A DNA stretch of 59,836 nucleotides, counting the filler, from Sphacelaria rigidula (Eukaryota), in NCBI GenBank assembly GCA_964200075.2. It is 9 parts of 9 records of this genome, joined end to end, with 100 filler letters (N's around TTAATTAATTAA, not from the genome) between each part and the next. Parts side by side here need not be neighbours in the genome. Positions count along the whole stretch, not along the records: positions 46,621 to 53,178 come from CAXNAA020019351.1; positions 53,279 to 59,836 come from CAXNAA020019352.1; 7 more parts are not named here. One strand, written 5' to 3'. Position numbers and translations under genes: made by a program. The notes below the pieces were generated by a model, which did not search any database, was not told the DNA's origin, and saw nothing but the letters and a program-made list of their open reading frames with translations. Of this stretch, positions 48,286-59,836 are shown piece after piece. Within the stretch, counting starts at the first letter, position 1, and every line of letters begins with the position of its first letter.

Positions 48286-49056
48286 AGCCACCCGAGTTCG
48301 CCGCCGTCATCCAGCGAGATGATGGCACCCTCGCATGGTGGTGGTAGTTTGTGGACTGGACAGCAGCAGCAGCAGCAGCAGTTGTCCTTGTCTCGCGCGG
48401 GGGGGGGCAACACCACTGCAGCGGCGCAGGCGGCGACCGCGGTCGTTGCGGCGCTCGCCGAGGCCGCTTCCCCGGGACCCGGCGACAGCAACAGCTACCA
48501 CCACCATATGTCGCCGTCCGTTACGCCCGTAGGCGGCCCCCACTATCTGGACGACCGCACCGGCCGCGGGATGCTCAACACCACGTCGATCGGAAGCAGC
48601 GGCGGCGGAAGGGGCGGTAGTGGGGGCGGTGGGAGCAGCGGCAGCGATTTTTTCTCGACCTTTGCTGACTCAAACACTCAGTTTGATTCCTCCCCTCGCG
48701 ACCACGACGGGGACCACACCGACTACCATGCGGGAAGCGGAGGCGGCGGCGCCGACGGCGCAGACTTGGCGTGGGAACGCCGACCCCGCCCGCCGCCGCT
48801 CCCCGCCCCACTCCCGCCCCCATCCTCGTGGTCGAGGGGGGGCATGGGAAGTATGGGCGGCGCGACTGATATCCATAGGCTTGCGGGGCTCGTTCCTTCT
48901 GTCTCGGGTGGGGCAGCCAGCGGGCAACGCCTACCGAGCTTGCTCAACAACAGCAGCCGCCGCTCTCCGCCGTTGCCGTTGCACGGTAGCCGGGGTCTTT
49001 CGTACGATAAGGTTGACCAGCGTGGGATGGAGTCGAGGGGAACAAACGACAAGTAG
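47499..49056 (+). CDS. EsV-1-7 repeat protein, last coding exon (third repeat + ~485-aa Gly/Ser/Ala/Gln/His-rich tail)
   Basis: CEYHGCSRRPVFSKQGEKPRFCVAHKLEGMTD, in frame with the 508-aa ORF. CATCAG acceptor; GC-rich; in-frame (GGC)n and (CAG)n tracts; TAG at 49054-49056. Confidence 0.88.
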
Positions 49057-50558
49057 AGACGGAGAGAGAGATCCATCGTTGTCATCGCTATCCATCGGGG
49101 TTTTCGGTTTTTGAAGAGTTACCTGGAACGTTGCCACAGCCACCCGCAAGCTGTAGCTGAAAATACGTGAGCGAGCGAAGAGTGCTGAGGATGGACGGAT
49201 CGTGTGTGTGCAGGGGAGGGGGGTCGAGAACGTACTGTTCGCTCTCACTTCTAACTCCTCCCTTTCCTCGGGACGAGTCCGTGGTCTCCAGGGGTTAACC
49301 CATCTCCCCCCCGGTACTACAGTAGGACTGTAGAATTATTGTAAAGGATAATGTCTTTTTATTTGAGATTTCAAGATTGGAACTAAGATGTGCTTGTCAT
49401 GACAGTGTGCGGCGTGTCTTGGCGCGTGTGCTCAGCCTAACTGCGCTGGTTTAGTTTCATGGTTTAGGGTGCACGTCTTTTCCAGCGTAAACGGGTAGAG
49501 CATGTACGCTGTCTGGTGTAGTTGTGATGTTGGGGGCGGGGGGGGGGACGACAACCATGTTTAGGTCGGAGTTTAGGGGACTTTTTTTACTTCGTGCCGC
49601 CTGTTGACTCAGTGTTTGTTCTTCATGTTTACTGTATCTTTTACGTTTCGTTTTTTGCCGTGCTAGTATGTTTGGATTATTTTGCTATTTCAATTATCTG
49701 TGTGTGTGTTTGTTGTTTTCTGGTTGCGTCATGGATGTTTCCGTTTACAGAGGTTATCGACACGCACGCGAGCGTTTTCTCCAGCTACAACCAGCTCACA
49801 CAGAGCAGCAGCAGCAATGACAGTATCAGTAGTAGCAATAGCAGTGACATCGGTTCAAAGTGTTCATGGAAACTGTGCTGCTCGGGCACAAGGCTAGACG
49901 GTAGCTCTAAACGATGCGAATAGTATGGAGCTGAGGGATTGTTATGGTGGTTTTCGTGTATTGTCCGAGGCGGTTTCATCGTACTCAAAATATTTTCGTC
50001 GCCAGAATTTTGTTTTTGCGCGTGACAAGAACAATTGTTTAATGGCCGCACGAAAAGCCGAGGCAACACAGTGTCGGGACGAGGTGGAGTGAGGCGGCCA
50101 CTTGGTTGTTGAGGAAGTGCTGGTGCGGGTGATCGAGCGTACAACCAGGTGGTGGGCTTTGGGGCATGTGTGTACTCCTAGCGTGTAACCTATTTTCCCG
50201 GTTTGCTTCGGAAGCAACAATTTTGCCGGCTGAGTACGTATGATCGAGCAATAGCATTGTCCCCACTTCCCCCCGCACACCACGTGAAGGTTCAGGGCAT
50301 TCAGTGTAGTTTGGTGCTGTTCGGTTTTGAATGGGTTTTGTTTGGTTTGACTCTGGGGTTGTCAGAGCGCATCGGGTGCCGCGGGCGGGGAGCGAGAGCA
50401 GAGGGCGGGCATGTTCGCGGGAAGGGGTAGACGGGGGACAGGGGGGGGGGGGTGAGGTCCCAGGAGGAACCGTTTTTATTTTCGTCGTTCACGATGATTT
50501 TTTTTCTGGACTGACGGTAGTCGACGGTACATTCTTCTCTCTCGGTCGAAAGGGAGGG

Positions 50559-50635
50559 TTTGTTGTTGCTGTTGCTGTTGCTATTGTTGTTGTTGTTGTT
50601 GTTGTTGTTGTCAGTGTCGTTGCCGTTGTTGTTGC
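50559..50635. repeat. (GTT/GCT)n microsatellite
   Basis: Direct reading; lies in the probable 3' UTR. Confidence 0.9.
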
Positions 50636-53178
50636 GGGTGGCACTGCTGGTGGTGTTGCTTCTTCTCCCTCACACACGTGCATCAGGGAGGCCGGTTGAG
50701 GGCAGGAGCCATTTTTGTCGACGAAAAAATCACGGCTGCTTACAGAATGAGACGTTTGTACAACAGCAAGGGAAAAAACAAGTTGTAGAGGGAAAAACAC
50801 GTATTTTTGACTCCATCTGTTTGGTGTTTGTTGATCGTACGGCGAGTATGTCACGTACCATAGGAGATAGGTAAGGGTAGGGGGGTGATCCGGAGCAGGG
50901 GGGCGGGGCGGGGCGGGTGACTGCCCGACGCCTGGTTCCTCCTCGGCATACCCGCGTAATATGCCACACTTAGCACACAATGGTTTATGTAAGGGAGGGC
51001 TGCTCTTCCGCCCGCCCCCTTCACTTTGCGGAGAAATCCCTCACGATAGAAGAAGAGCCGTCTTATGCGGCAGGGTGTTCACGATCGATCGTGTTCACCT
51101 ACATTTTACTACTGGTATCAAAATGAACACCAGTGACGCGTCGTAAATGTAGTGTACTTAATGAGAAAACAGAAGGAAAGAAAGGGAGAGATGGAGGACG
51201 GGAGGGTGGGCGAGGGGGGAGGGGGGTTACATCTGTGCGGGGTTTGAATCTCTCTTCTGCTTCGTTTTTTTTTCTTGTATGTGTCATTTTCTTACTACTA
51301 CGGGCGCGTAGATGAGGAAGCAAGTTAGCTGGAAATTGCCTGAAGGAACGAATTATCACGGGCATTTTCTTTTCCGTGGGGAAGTGGGAGACGACTCGAA
51401 AATAGCAAAAGGGTGCGGTATGGTGAAGGCAAGACTGAACCGACTGGTCCTGTGTTACATCGCGTTGAGTACGAGAAAGACTCCCTTTAGGTATATGTGA
51501 GCCTCGAACCGCAGCAACACGCAGCTATATGTCTTGGGGCGGGCAGGCTTGCGTCGGCAGCGGGTGCGACGTTTGATTCGGCACGTGTTGGGGCTCTTGA
51601 CGTGTGCAGCGATCGGCAGATGATATCTATTTTACCAAGTATCAATTATAATAGTGTAGTCGAAACGTAGGCAGACGGTGAACAACAAGAGGTACCTTCA
51701 CCACCTCTATAGCAGGACCGAGGGTTTTTATTGTCACTGTGTGCAGCGGGGACTTACAGCAGTTTTAGGGAGCGGGTATGTATATGTCGGCGTCCCCGTA
51801 CACCCGTGTGTGTATGCGCGTGTGTCAATCTGTGCGTGTGTGTAGTCAGTTGCGTGTGCACTATCGTGTTGTGTTGTTGACCGTGTGCGTGGTGATTGTT
51901 TTTGCATGTGCGCTTGGTTTTGATGAGTGCTCTTTGTGTTTCTTCTATGCGAGGGACGGGTGAACAGGAGGGAGGGGGCGGAGGGGGGGGAGGGGGGGGG
52001 GTTGGCCTGGGAACTGGCTCCTACCTGCACGAGTAACACCGTATGCACAGGGGGTAGACATTTATTTATTTATTTATTTTGTTTGCTGGATTCCGTTTTC
52101 TTTCGCTGTTTTAGTTGTGCAACGGGTAGCGGCGAACAGGAGTTGTCATCGTTGTGTTTCTGTGAAGAAATACATGCATGCATAGATACTCCGGTGTATC
52201 TTTAGTAAATATATATACATACAAGGGTACATAAATAATATCATGATTTCGAATTAATTTGTTGTACTTCCGGGTACAGATTTATCCCTGGCGTGTGTTT
52301 TTGTTCCGTATTAATTTTTTTGTTTCCCTTGGTTTTACGACTGCGCAATGTCAACAACAACAGCAGCAGTAGTAGCTGTGTCCGCAGAAATGTAAAGACT
52401 AGGGTTGGAAACCCAGGTCAACGCGTGCTTGTCTCAGATCTTTGTCCAGGGAAGGAAGCACGCTCGCTTTTTTCAGGCGAACGAAGCAACGAGTCGCCAT
52501 GTAGTGCAACCCAAGGTGTCTCTTCAACTCTTATTACATTGTTACAATAGCACTGTTAGTAGTGTTTGTCGCCACGAGAAGCGTCTGTCTCTTCTGTGCG
52601 TACTGTTTTTGTTTTTTTTCGTCTTCTTTCTTAGTGGGAGTCAGTGATAGGATATGCTGTGGCGACTGAGATCTTCAGGTGCTAGTGTAAGGAAGCCTTG
52701 GAACAGTTTGGTGGCAGCACCGATAGTAGAGACGTTAGGTTGTGGAACATGACATGTGTATACGTGTGTGTGTGCGCGCGCGCGTTCGTTCGTTCGTGCG
52801 TGAACAACGGGAAAATGGGAGTTTAAAAAGTCACGATGGGGTTATTATTAATGATATTACAGTGTTGAAGCAATACAAATAAACATGAGGTATTCATCGC
52901 TTGTTAGCGTTGGGTTGTAGAGCACATGCAGTATGATACGATGCAACTGGGCTGGGCTCCGTCTATTTGTTGCGCTGAACCGGGGTGCGCACGAATTTAA
53001 GGAACAACATATCCCTCTTTTTGGTCATATTCTTGAACTCTTCCTTTCCTTCCTCGGGAAGACTCCGCAGTCTGAAGGGATCAACATCTTTTTCTCCCCG
53101 TGCATGTACAAGATAATCAGTACGCTTCGGGTCGAACAATCTTAGCAGGATGCAGCTTACCCTTCATCCGACTCGCCG

Positions 53179-53278
53179 NNNNNNNNNNNNNNNNNNNNNN
53201 NNNNNNNNNNNNNNNNNNNNNNTTAATTAATTAANNNNNNNNNNNNNNNNNNNNNNNNNNNNNNNNNNNNNNNNNNNN
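53179..53278. other. Artificial contig spacer
   Basis: N44-TTAATTAATTAA-N44. Confidence 0.99.
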
Positions 53279-53360
53279 CTTCTGTTGAATCGGCATCAAT
53301 TTCAAGTAAAAAAACGTATGCATGATCCAGAAAGACTAATCTCGCAGTGTAAGGATTAAG
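53279..53360 (+). mobile_element. Partial copy of the ~100-bp piggyBac-like MITE
   Basis: TGAATCGGCATCAATTTC...CATGATCCAGA...AAGGATTAA. Confidence 0.65.
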
Positions 53361-53624
53361 TTCATGACGTACGCCACACGAAAGGGCTAGGCAAACAATG
53401 GACACGACAAGCTGCGGAGGAACTATCCAAGGCATGATGTACCAAGATGTGTCTGTTACATAACAGATTACGATCATCCACAACTTTTCGGTTTCTTGTA
53501 CGTATGTCATTGCCCGACGTCTGGGTCGGGTAATAACATCGAATTTACATGAGTTGGTACACGCGCGCGTGAATGACATGATACTGCTGCACTATAGGTG
53601 TTGCCATGACCAGTGGCATCAACA

Positions 53625-54255
53625 AGGGTTCAGATCTTCGAGCGACGGTCTTTAGTGTCATAGAGGATCTCATTCTCTGGCATGCCTTACCTGGTTTCAG
53701 AAACCGGTCCCATACACTTGAGTACGCTTCCCCCCCCCCCCCCCCCAACAAGCCGGAAAGGGGGGGGGGGCCCTTACCCAACACCAAACTCAACTTTGTT
53801 TAGCCCAACAGTTTCCCGCAAATATATGAAACCAGTCCGTCGGCATCATGGAGGTCGTCAGTCGTGACACACCTATTGATGCGTACAGAAACGATAGGAC
53901 ACGGTCTCACTTACGCGAAGGCTGGTTTCAGAAACCACGAAAAATGTACAATGTGCGACGGTTTGAGCTCCGGTTCAGCTGTTCGCGCAAAGCCTCGACG
54001 GTCATGGAGGTTCTCATTCCCTCGCATAACGTACCTGGTTTCCGAAACCACCCCCATACAAGCGCCTCAAGGGGGGTTGTTTCGTAACCCAAACCCAAAC
54101 GTAATCTGCTGTGCGCCAAACAGCTACCGCCGGTTTATGAAAAGAGTCCTGCGGCATCACAGCGATCGTAAGTCGTGACACACATGTTGACGCGTACAGA
54201 AACGATAGCACACCGACTCACTTACACGGGGTCTGGTTTCAGAAACTATGAACAA
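53625..54255. repeat. Tandem duplication of a ~310-bp unit (2 copies)
   Basis: GTCAT.GAGG.TCTCATTC, TACCTGGTTTC.GAAACC, AGTCGTGACACAC...GCGTACAGAAACGATAG and CTCACTTAC.CG...CTGGTTTCAGAAAC each occur twice. Confidence 0.8.
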
Positions 54256-55640
54256 GTACACTATCATCAAGGGGAGTGGAGTTATACTCGCGCGGGCGGT
54301 CACGCGCCAGTAGAGTCTACGCGGCTCATGCCACAACGTGTGAATGATCACGTCAAGCACCTTGCGCGACACATACGTATATCGTCACCAGTAACATTTA
54401 TCACACTTGTCTCGAGTATGGTATTCGCTGAGTCACGAGACAGACACCACGTGTGTGCATCCTGTAGGATGTACCGTCGTTGCAGTGCTGCCTCTGTCGT
54501 TGCAGATGTGAGAACCCAAAGCATCTGGCTTACCAACACAATTATGGGCGCGCCTGACACCCCAAAATGAGCCCAAAACGTGTCACCGACCAAAAGCACG
54601 AACAGACCGGAGATTACGTCCATCCTTTGACTATGCACGTCGCAAAATACCTCAAAGTATTTGTGATTTGAGTAGGGTTTCCATTCCGCTTTTGAAGTTT
54701 TCGTGTTCCGGAGGATGAACCACGGCGTGGCTCGGCTACCACCGGCGTGAATTTGTCCTAGCTACAATTTACGCGTTGGTTTTACCTAAGACGTTACGGT
54801 GATCGAGAAAATCGCAAAAACACTATTTTTGTTTTCACTTAATTCGTTATTTAACTCGCGTCCTGATGAAATAAAACAATTCAACGGGTATATTTGTAGC
54901 TGTCGTCTCGGCGCAGATGATGCAAAAAGTCGCATCCCAATCGATGGCCGTGGCGATGAGTATTATCTGGAACAGATTGGGCCGTGATTGCAAACACGCA
55001 CCCCCAGCCCTCGCCGGTCTCGGCAAAACGCGAAAACCTCACCCCTGTGTAATTAATGGCTTCGGAATAGATGACACCCATGAATGACTCGTGATAGTGC
55101 AGATGGTTGATACATCGGATATGTGGAATGTTGCAGAATTTTAACCTTCGATCGAGCCCCCAGAAGCAAGAATCATCTTCGCGACCTCACAGCAGCGGAG
55201 AAAACAAATTATAACACTGGCCCTGACGAAGGCATACCGAAAACCATCGGGTAAGGCGGGTGCAACGTGTTTCGTAGGCGAAGGGTGCGTTGCTAGACCT
55301 CGAATCGGCGCCCCAGGCGCCGATTCAGACAAGAACGCGTTGTGAGACGCTAGTAGAATGCTATGAGCACAGCCCCCATGAAAGATCCGGATTTCGGTTT
55401 TCACACGAAGATAAAGATTGACCGACTCACGCTCCCGAATGGGAAAGTATACTGTGCCAAGACAACACAAAGTCGTCGGCTCATTTTCGCTGAAGCCACA
55501 TTGCACCGAAGCTCCAATCATGTCTTTCAGTGGACCCACCCATCCTAGGACACGCATCTGTTGTATCGGCAATGGTGGGTGACGGACGACCGTTTGTTTT
55601 CATTCCCTCTTGCAAAACAAAATATTTGGAGTCCGATGAA

Positions 55641-55745
55641 CCCCTAGACCGCGAGAGTAGTCCATCTGGACCATGCATACTTTTTTCAAGTGGAAAATGA
55701 TGCCGATTCAGCATGTGACCAAACTGTCGCTGTCAAAGAGCTAAT
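55641..55745 (-). mobile_element. Inverted copy of the ~100-bp piggyBac-like MITE
   Basis: CCCCTAGACCGCG...GTAGTCCATCTGG...TTCAAGTG...TGATGCCGATTCAGCA. Confidence 0.7.
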
Positions 55746-56317
55746 TAATATCATACTCATCAAATGAAAAGCCATGCCCACGGCACAACAAATACACTTT
55801 GAAACGCGAGTCATTCGTCCGACAAATGTTGTGGAATCAGGGCAGCCGATGAATCAAGCTCCTCAAACCATGACGAGGTGGCTGACCAAAACCCGCCCAG
55901 CCCACATTACACACCCGGTGACTATTTGTACTCCACTCGTCTGTGTAGGGGCCGTCCTCGTTGAAGTTCAACAGTACATAGGACTTTGTCGCATGTTGAG
56001 CACCTCATGTTGACCCAACTTTGATCCGCCCAATAATGGTTCAGCTTCCTGGTTTCACTTTCCGGCGTTGGGCTACAAATGTTCGTGGTTGATATTGCTT
56101 GATTTGAGTGCGTACAACGAGAATCAGAATTTTAGTAGGGCTGACGGTCCCGTGTACTCCTCGGGTGCGCACAACGCGTTTTCGTTGAAATCTGCGCCAC
56201 AGAAGCCGATTTGGGGTCTACCAAGGCCTCACTTTCTTCAGGGAGTGTATGTACCGCCCTTGCCCGAGTGCTCTCGGTGTGCGTTGGGTTGGTTCAACCC
56301 AATCAACCTCCTTGCAT

Positions 56318-56565
56318 GACACTTTCTACGATAGCCCCCCCCCCAAACGTGCATGGTCTTGGGAGGCAAAATCTTCACGTAAATCGAAATGGGAAAACCC
56401 GAGCACAACGAGAAGCTGGGAATTCCCACACTTAGGTTCGTTCTAGCCAATATCGCCAATATAAGGCGCTTCATGCAGCCTGAACCCGAACATCAGGTGC
56501 AGTATGGCCGTTTTTTTCGTGACACTTTTAGCTGGTTTCGAGGGGGGGCTATCGTAGAAAGTGTC
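56318..56565. mobile_element. 248-bp MITE with 4-bp TSD
   Basis: Perfect TIRs GACACTTTCTACGATAGCCCCCC / GGGGGGCTATCGTAGAAAGTGTC; TSD GCAT at 56314-56317 and 56566-56569. Confidence 0.9.
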
Positions 56566-56632
56566 GCATGCCAGGGTATCGCAAGCGTGGCCGAAAGGTG
56601 ACGCAGTGGCATGTAATATATGAGGAACAACG

Positions 56633-56881
56633 GAGTCATCCTACGATAGAGGGGGGGGCGTTTTGGGCCAATTTTCGCACGAAGTTTCTAGTCAATTTGG
56701 CGTTGAAAGTAGCAATGCTTGTTCGAGCGAGCTTGCTATGAATGCATAACACTTATTCGTACTGCTTGGCACCGCTTGAAACCGAATTTAAGCACACAGC
56801 GAGTGTGGCAGGTCGTCTGACGCACCTATGAGCCTCTTTCTTCGGGCAACCAAACACCCCCCCCCTATCGTAGGATGACTC
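56633..56881. mobile_element. 249-bp TIR element with related termini
   Basis: TIRs GAGTCATCCTACGATAG(A)GGGGGGG / CCCCCCCCTATCGTAGGATGACTC; no TSD evident. Confidence 0.78.
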
Positions 56882-59836
56882 ATTCAGACAGATAATAGAA
56901 CAACAAAAAAACGATGTCAACAGAATCTAGGAAAACAAACAACTTGGACTGCTGATGAAAAAGGATCCGCGAACACCCTGAATGTGATCAATTTCGGAAT
57001 CTTTGAAAAGTGCAGAGGAAAATAATCATCACAACAAAACAAAGGGCTACAAAATGTTCACGCGCGAATCTTCACAGTAGAGGTGCATATTACAACCATT
57101 GCCTTCACCAGACGCACACATACCTCTGTGTGCACCAGTACCACATGTCCCAGTGATCGGACATGTAAGTGCGGCCATCGTCGACATAAATCGCAACACC
57201 CCAAAACTATACATGGGCGACAAGCAAAACCTTCGATGACTACAATCATTCACGACAGAACATACATACGGCGCCAAACAGCAACAGTCAAACAGACCGA
57301 CAACGCCCCACCAGGAAACAACCAAGTCTCAAAGCCACCAGCCTCCTGTAGTGTGGCTCAGTACAGGGTAACACTGGATGGGTAAGGCTACAAGCCAGTA
57401 TCGCGACACTTCTCACCAGCCGCCAGCCGTATAGTATGCGTCACCACTCACACTGCGGGTAAGCATGGGGTTGAACCACCGTTTTGACCTCTCTCACTAC
57501 CCTGATGCAGCTTCCTGACGAAAGTGCTACATACCGCACTACTACCATTCCCCTTGCCATTGCCTACGCTGCCAAGCGTTTGCCGCCACGGTCATCAGCA
57601 TCAAAATCGCAACAGCATGGATGGACAGGTGACATGGAGTGTGTATTGATCGAACCCGGACGACACTCATCGACAATCGCGCCGTCATCACCATCATCAT
57701 CACATTAGTGCTACTTCTGTCACGTCTCCCTCACACTACTAAAACACAGTTAGGAGCCTCGACGGGGAGGGTGCATGAAGCTCGCCGAAAACAGATACTG
57801 CCAAATAGAGGTACAACAGTATACGCTAAGTCAACATTCCCTCAAGTTCACCGGACACGCTGCATGGCACACTGTGCTCTCTGCTTGCACTCGTAGAACG
57901 ATTTTTTCAACAAAGACAGACTTTCACGACCCGGCCGGCCGGTATACAAAGCCAGAGACACCCCTATCCAGCACTAGCCCAAACCCTTGATCGATTCATG
58001 GTGAGATAGCGTTGCCGATTCCGGGGCACCAACCAACGTTTCTCTCTAATGTAAGGACAAACCTCACGTGGTGAGAAACAGCAGGCCTTGGCTGCTGAAA
58101 CTAACTGCATACCGAAGGCCCCGTGAAACACACAACCAACGACCCCTTGTCCGTCATATGCTCAACACGATGCATCAGTCAATACAAAACGCCATGGTAC
58201 TTGCGACAGTTCGACACTCAAGCCATCCATCTTGCAATCATCACTAGATTGCGTGAGCCATGCCCTCAACAGAAGCAAGCTTTGCGCTGGGGCCATGCGA
58301 CTCGAAGTATTCACTCACCGAAGCAGGAGACCTGAAGGATACTGTGTTGGATCATCAGTCCCCATGTCAAACTCACCACCAAACCCCCGCGTTCGGCTTC
58401 GCAGCGAGTGTGGCTTCCTGGTCCCCGTCCCCCCACAGTCGAGTTGAGCTGGTACTTCACATGTAAATATGGCTACGAGGCCGTGAGGCGACAGATACCT
58501 TCACCGAAAACAGAAACACAGCGGCCCTGGCTACGAACACACCGGTGATTGATGGGGATGGAGCACACAACGACAGCAACAGTAACAGCAGCACACACGT
58601 ATGCACACCAGGCACTCCATCAACAGAGTCCAATAAGCTGCACCGCAAGCACTCAAATGACCAACCATGGCTGGCTACGTTACCATACACGCCAGGTCGC
58701 AGCAAACGCTCCACCAGGAAAAGCCAGGAAGACGATGGACGTGAGACAAGGGACAACACCACATGTTTTTAAACAAAACCTCATGCCCAGCACGATCAGC
58801 ATCACGTTTCGAGCCATCCACAGAAAAATGAACGACGGCATCTAAACAGAAGAAAATCACAGAGGAGTGAGTGATACCACGAATCGCGAGCGGACATAAA
58901 AAAGCGTAATCGGTAATGACAACCAAGCAACATCAAAGGGGTCACTTCGAGTCATTTACAAGTGTAAGCCGGCCAAAGCCAGGCATCAATCACCGACAGC
59001 AGTGAAGTAAAATGCCCGGGAAACGCTAAGCGTGCTATGGACTCGGCTAGAGCGAACAAACGTCTCACCAGAACTCAAAATGGAAACACTTGTGGTAGGC
59101 TTTGGGCCATAACCCACAACACACACAAGTCCACCTGGAAGAAGGCGTCACTGAATGCGTACGGACAAAGAAAATCGACCAACTAGAAGTTTTTTGCCCC
59201 CCACAGTGAGCGAGGTGGCTCCTCCTCCCCTAAAAACAACTGTAACACCGGCTATCATTCTAATGTGTCCAACAGAAGAGGAAGGGCCCCTTTCTCAAAG
59301 TCACGTACGTACACCAATAACAGCGTGGTAGCAGGGCAGAGGGCTACTGTACAACGGTGGCGTTACCCATGTACATATCAATCCGCCACAGCACCTGAGA
59401 CTACTTCTATGGCCCTTGAAATGGCCCTTTCACACGTGTTAACCCATGCCTATGCCCCAATAACACGACAACAGATAGACCAGGAAACGTGGCGTATTAG
59501 TCAGTAAAAGTGGCTATCAGGTGACAAAAAAAGTTGGTGGTCCACAGAAAAGGAAAGAAGGTGACTGCGAGTACGCCTAGCGTCCACGTACTTATAAACG
59601 TGTCAATATACATCTTTTACAGTACCTATCTTCATGTGCGTGCGATACCGTGCTGTACAAATTCTCTTCCCCCCTTTCAGCGTCGTTCCATATGTTATAA
59701 ATCATCGTCAATACACGCTAAACTTGATCATTAATAATCCAATATTCTGACCCCCCCCCCCCGTCCTCCGCTCGGTCCTGTCTAGTTTCCCCCCTCCGGG
59801 TCGCCCCCGCTTTCAATTTCAACAAGAGGAGCCCAC

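Noticed and set aside
47668..49248. Many overlapping and antisense ORFs over the EsV-1-7 tail exon
   Set aside because: Expected shadow ORFs of GC-rich, triplet-repeat coding DNA.

Overview
Eukaryotic, repeat-rich DNA, most consistent with a brown alga (Phaeophyceae, Ectocarpus-like); the taxon is inferred from the EsV-1-7 repeats, the NB-ARC-TPR gene and the intron style. The window is not one locus. It is nine contigs of 6561, 6560 (x5), 6559 and 6558 (x2) bp, sorted by length and joined by identical 100-bp spacers (N44-TTAATTAATTAA-N44), so adjacency across spacers has no biological meaning. Host genes: three exons of a DNA polymerase I-type 5'-3' exonuclease, the last two coding exons of an EsV-1-7-repeat protein with a long low-complexity tail, and a pseudogenised NLR-like gene (MLKL/HeLo-like N-terminal helical domain + NB-ARC + TPR). 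On the same contig as the NLR is an intronless, decayed gene resembling a viral origin-binding-protein (UL9-like SF2) helicase, preceded by three ~180-bp repeats. The rest is mostly mobile DNA: a Ty3/Gypsy element lacking RT and RNase H, a Gypsy integrase remnant, two LINE remnants, a tRNA-derived SINE family, and several non-autonomous TIR families (8-bp TSD hAT/P-like, TTAA piggyBac-like, Harbinger-like, CAC-terminated and 4-bp TSD types). All protein assignments come from motif recognition by eye; no database search was run.
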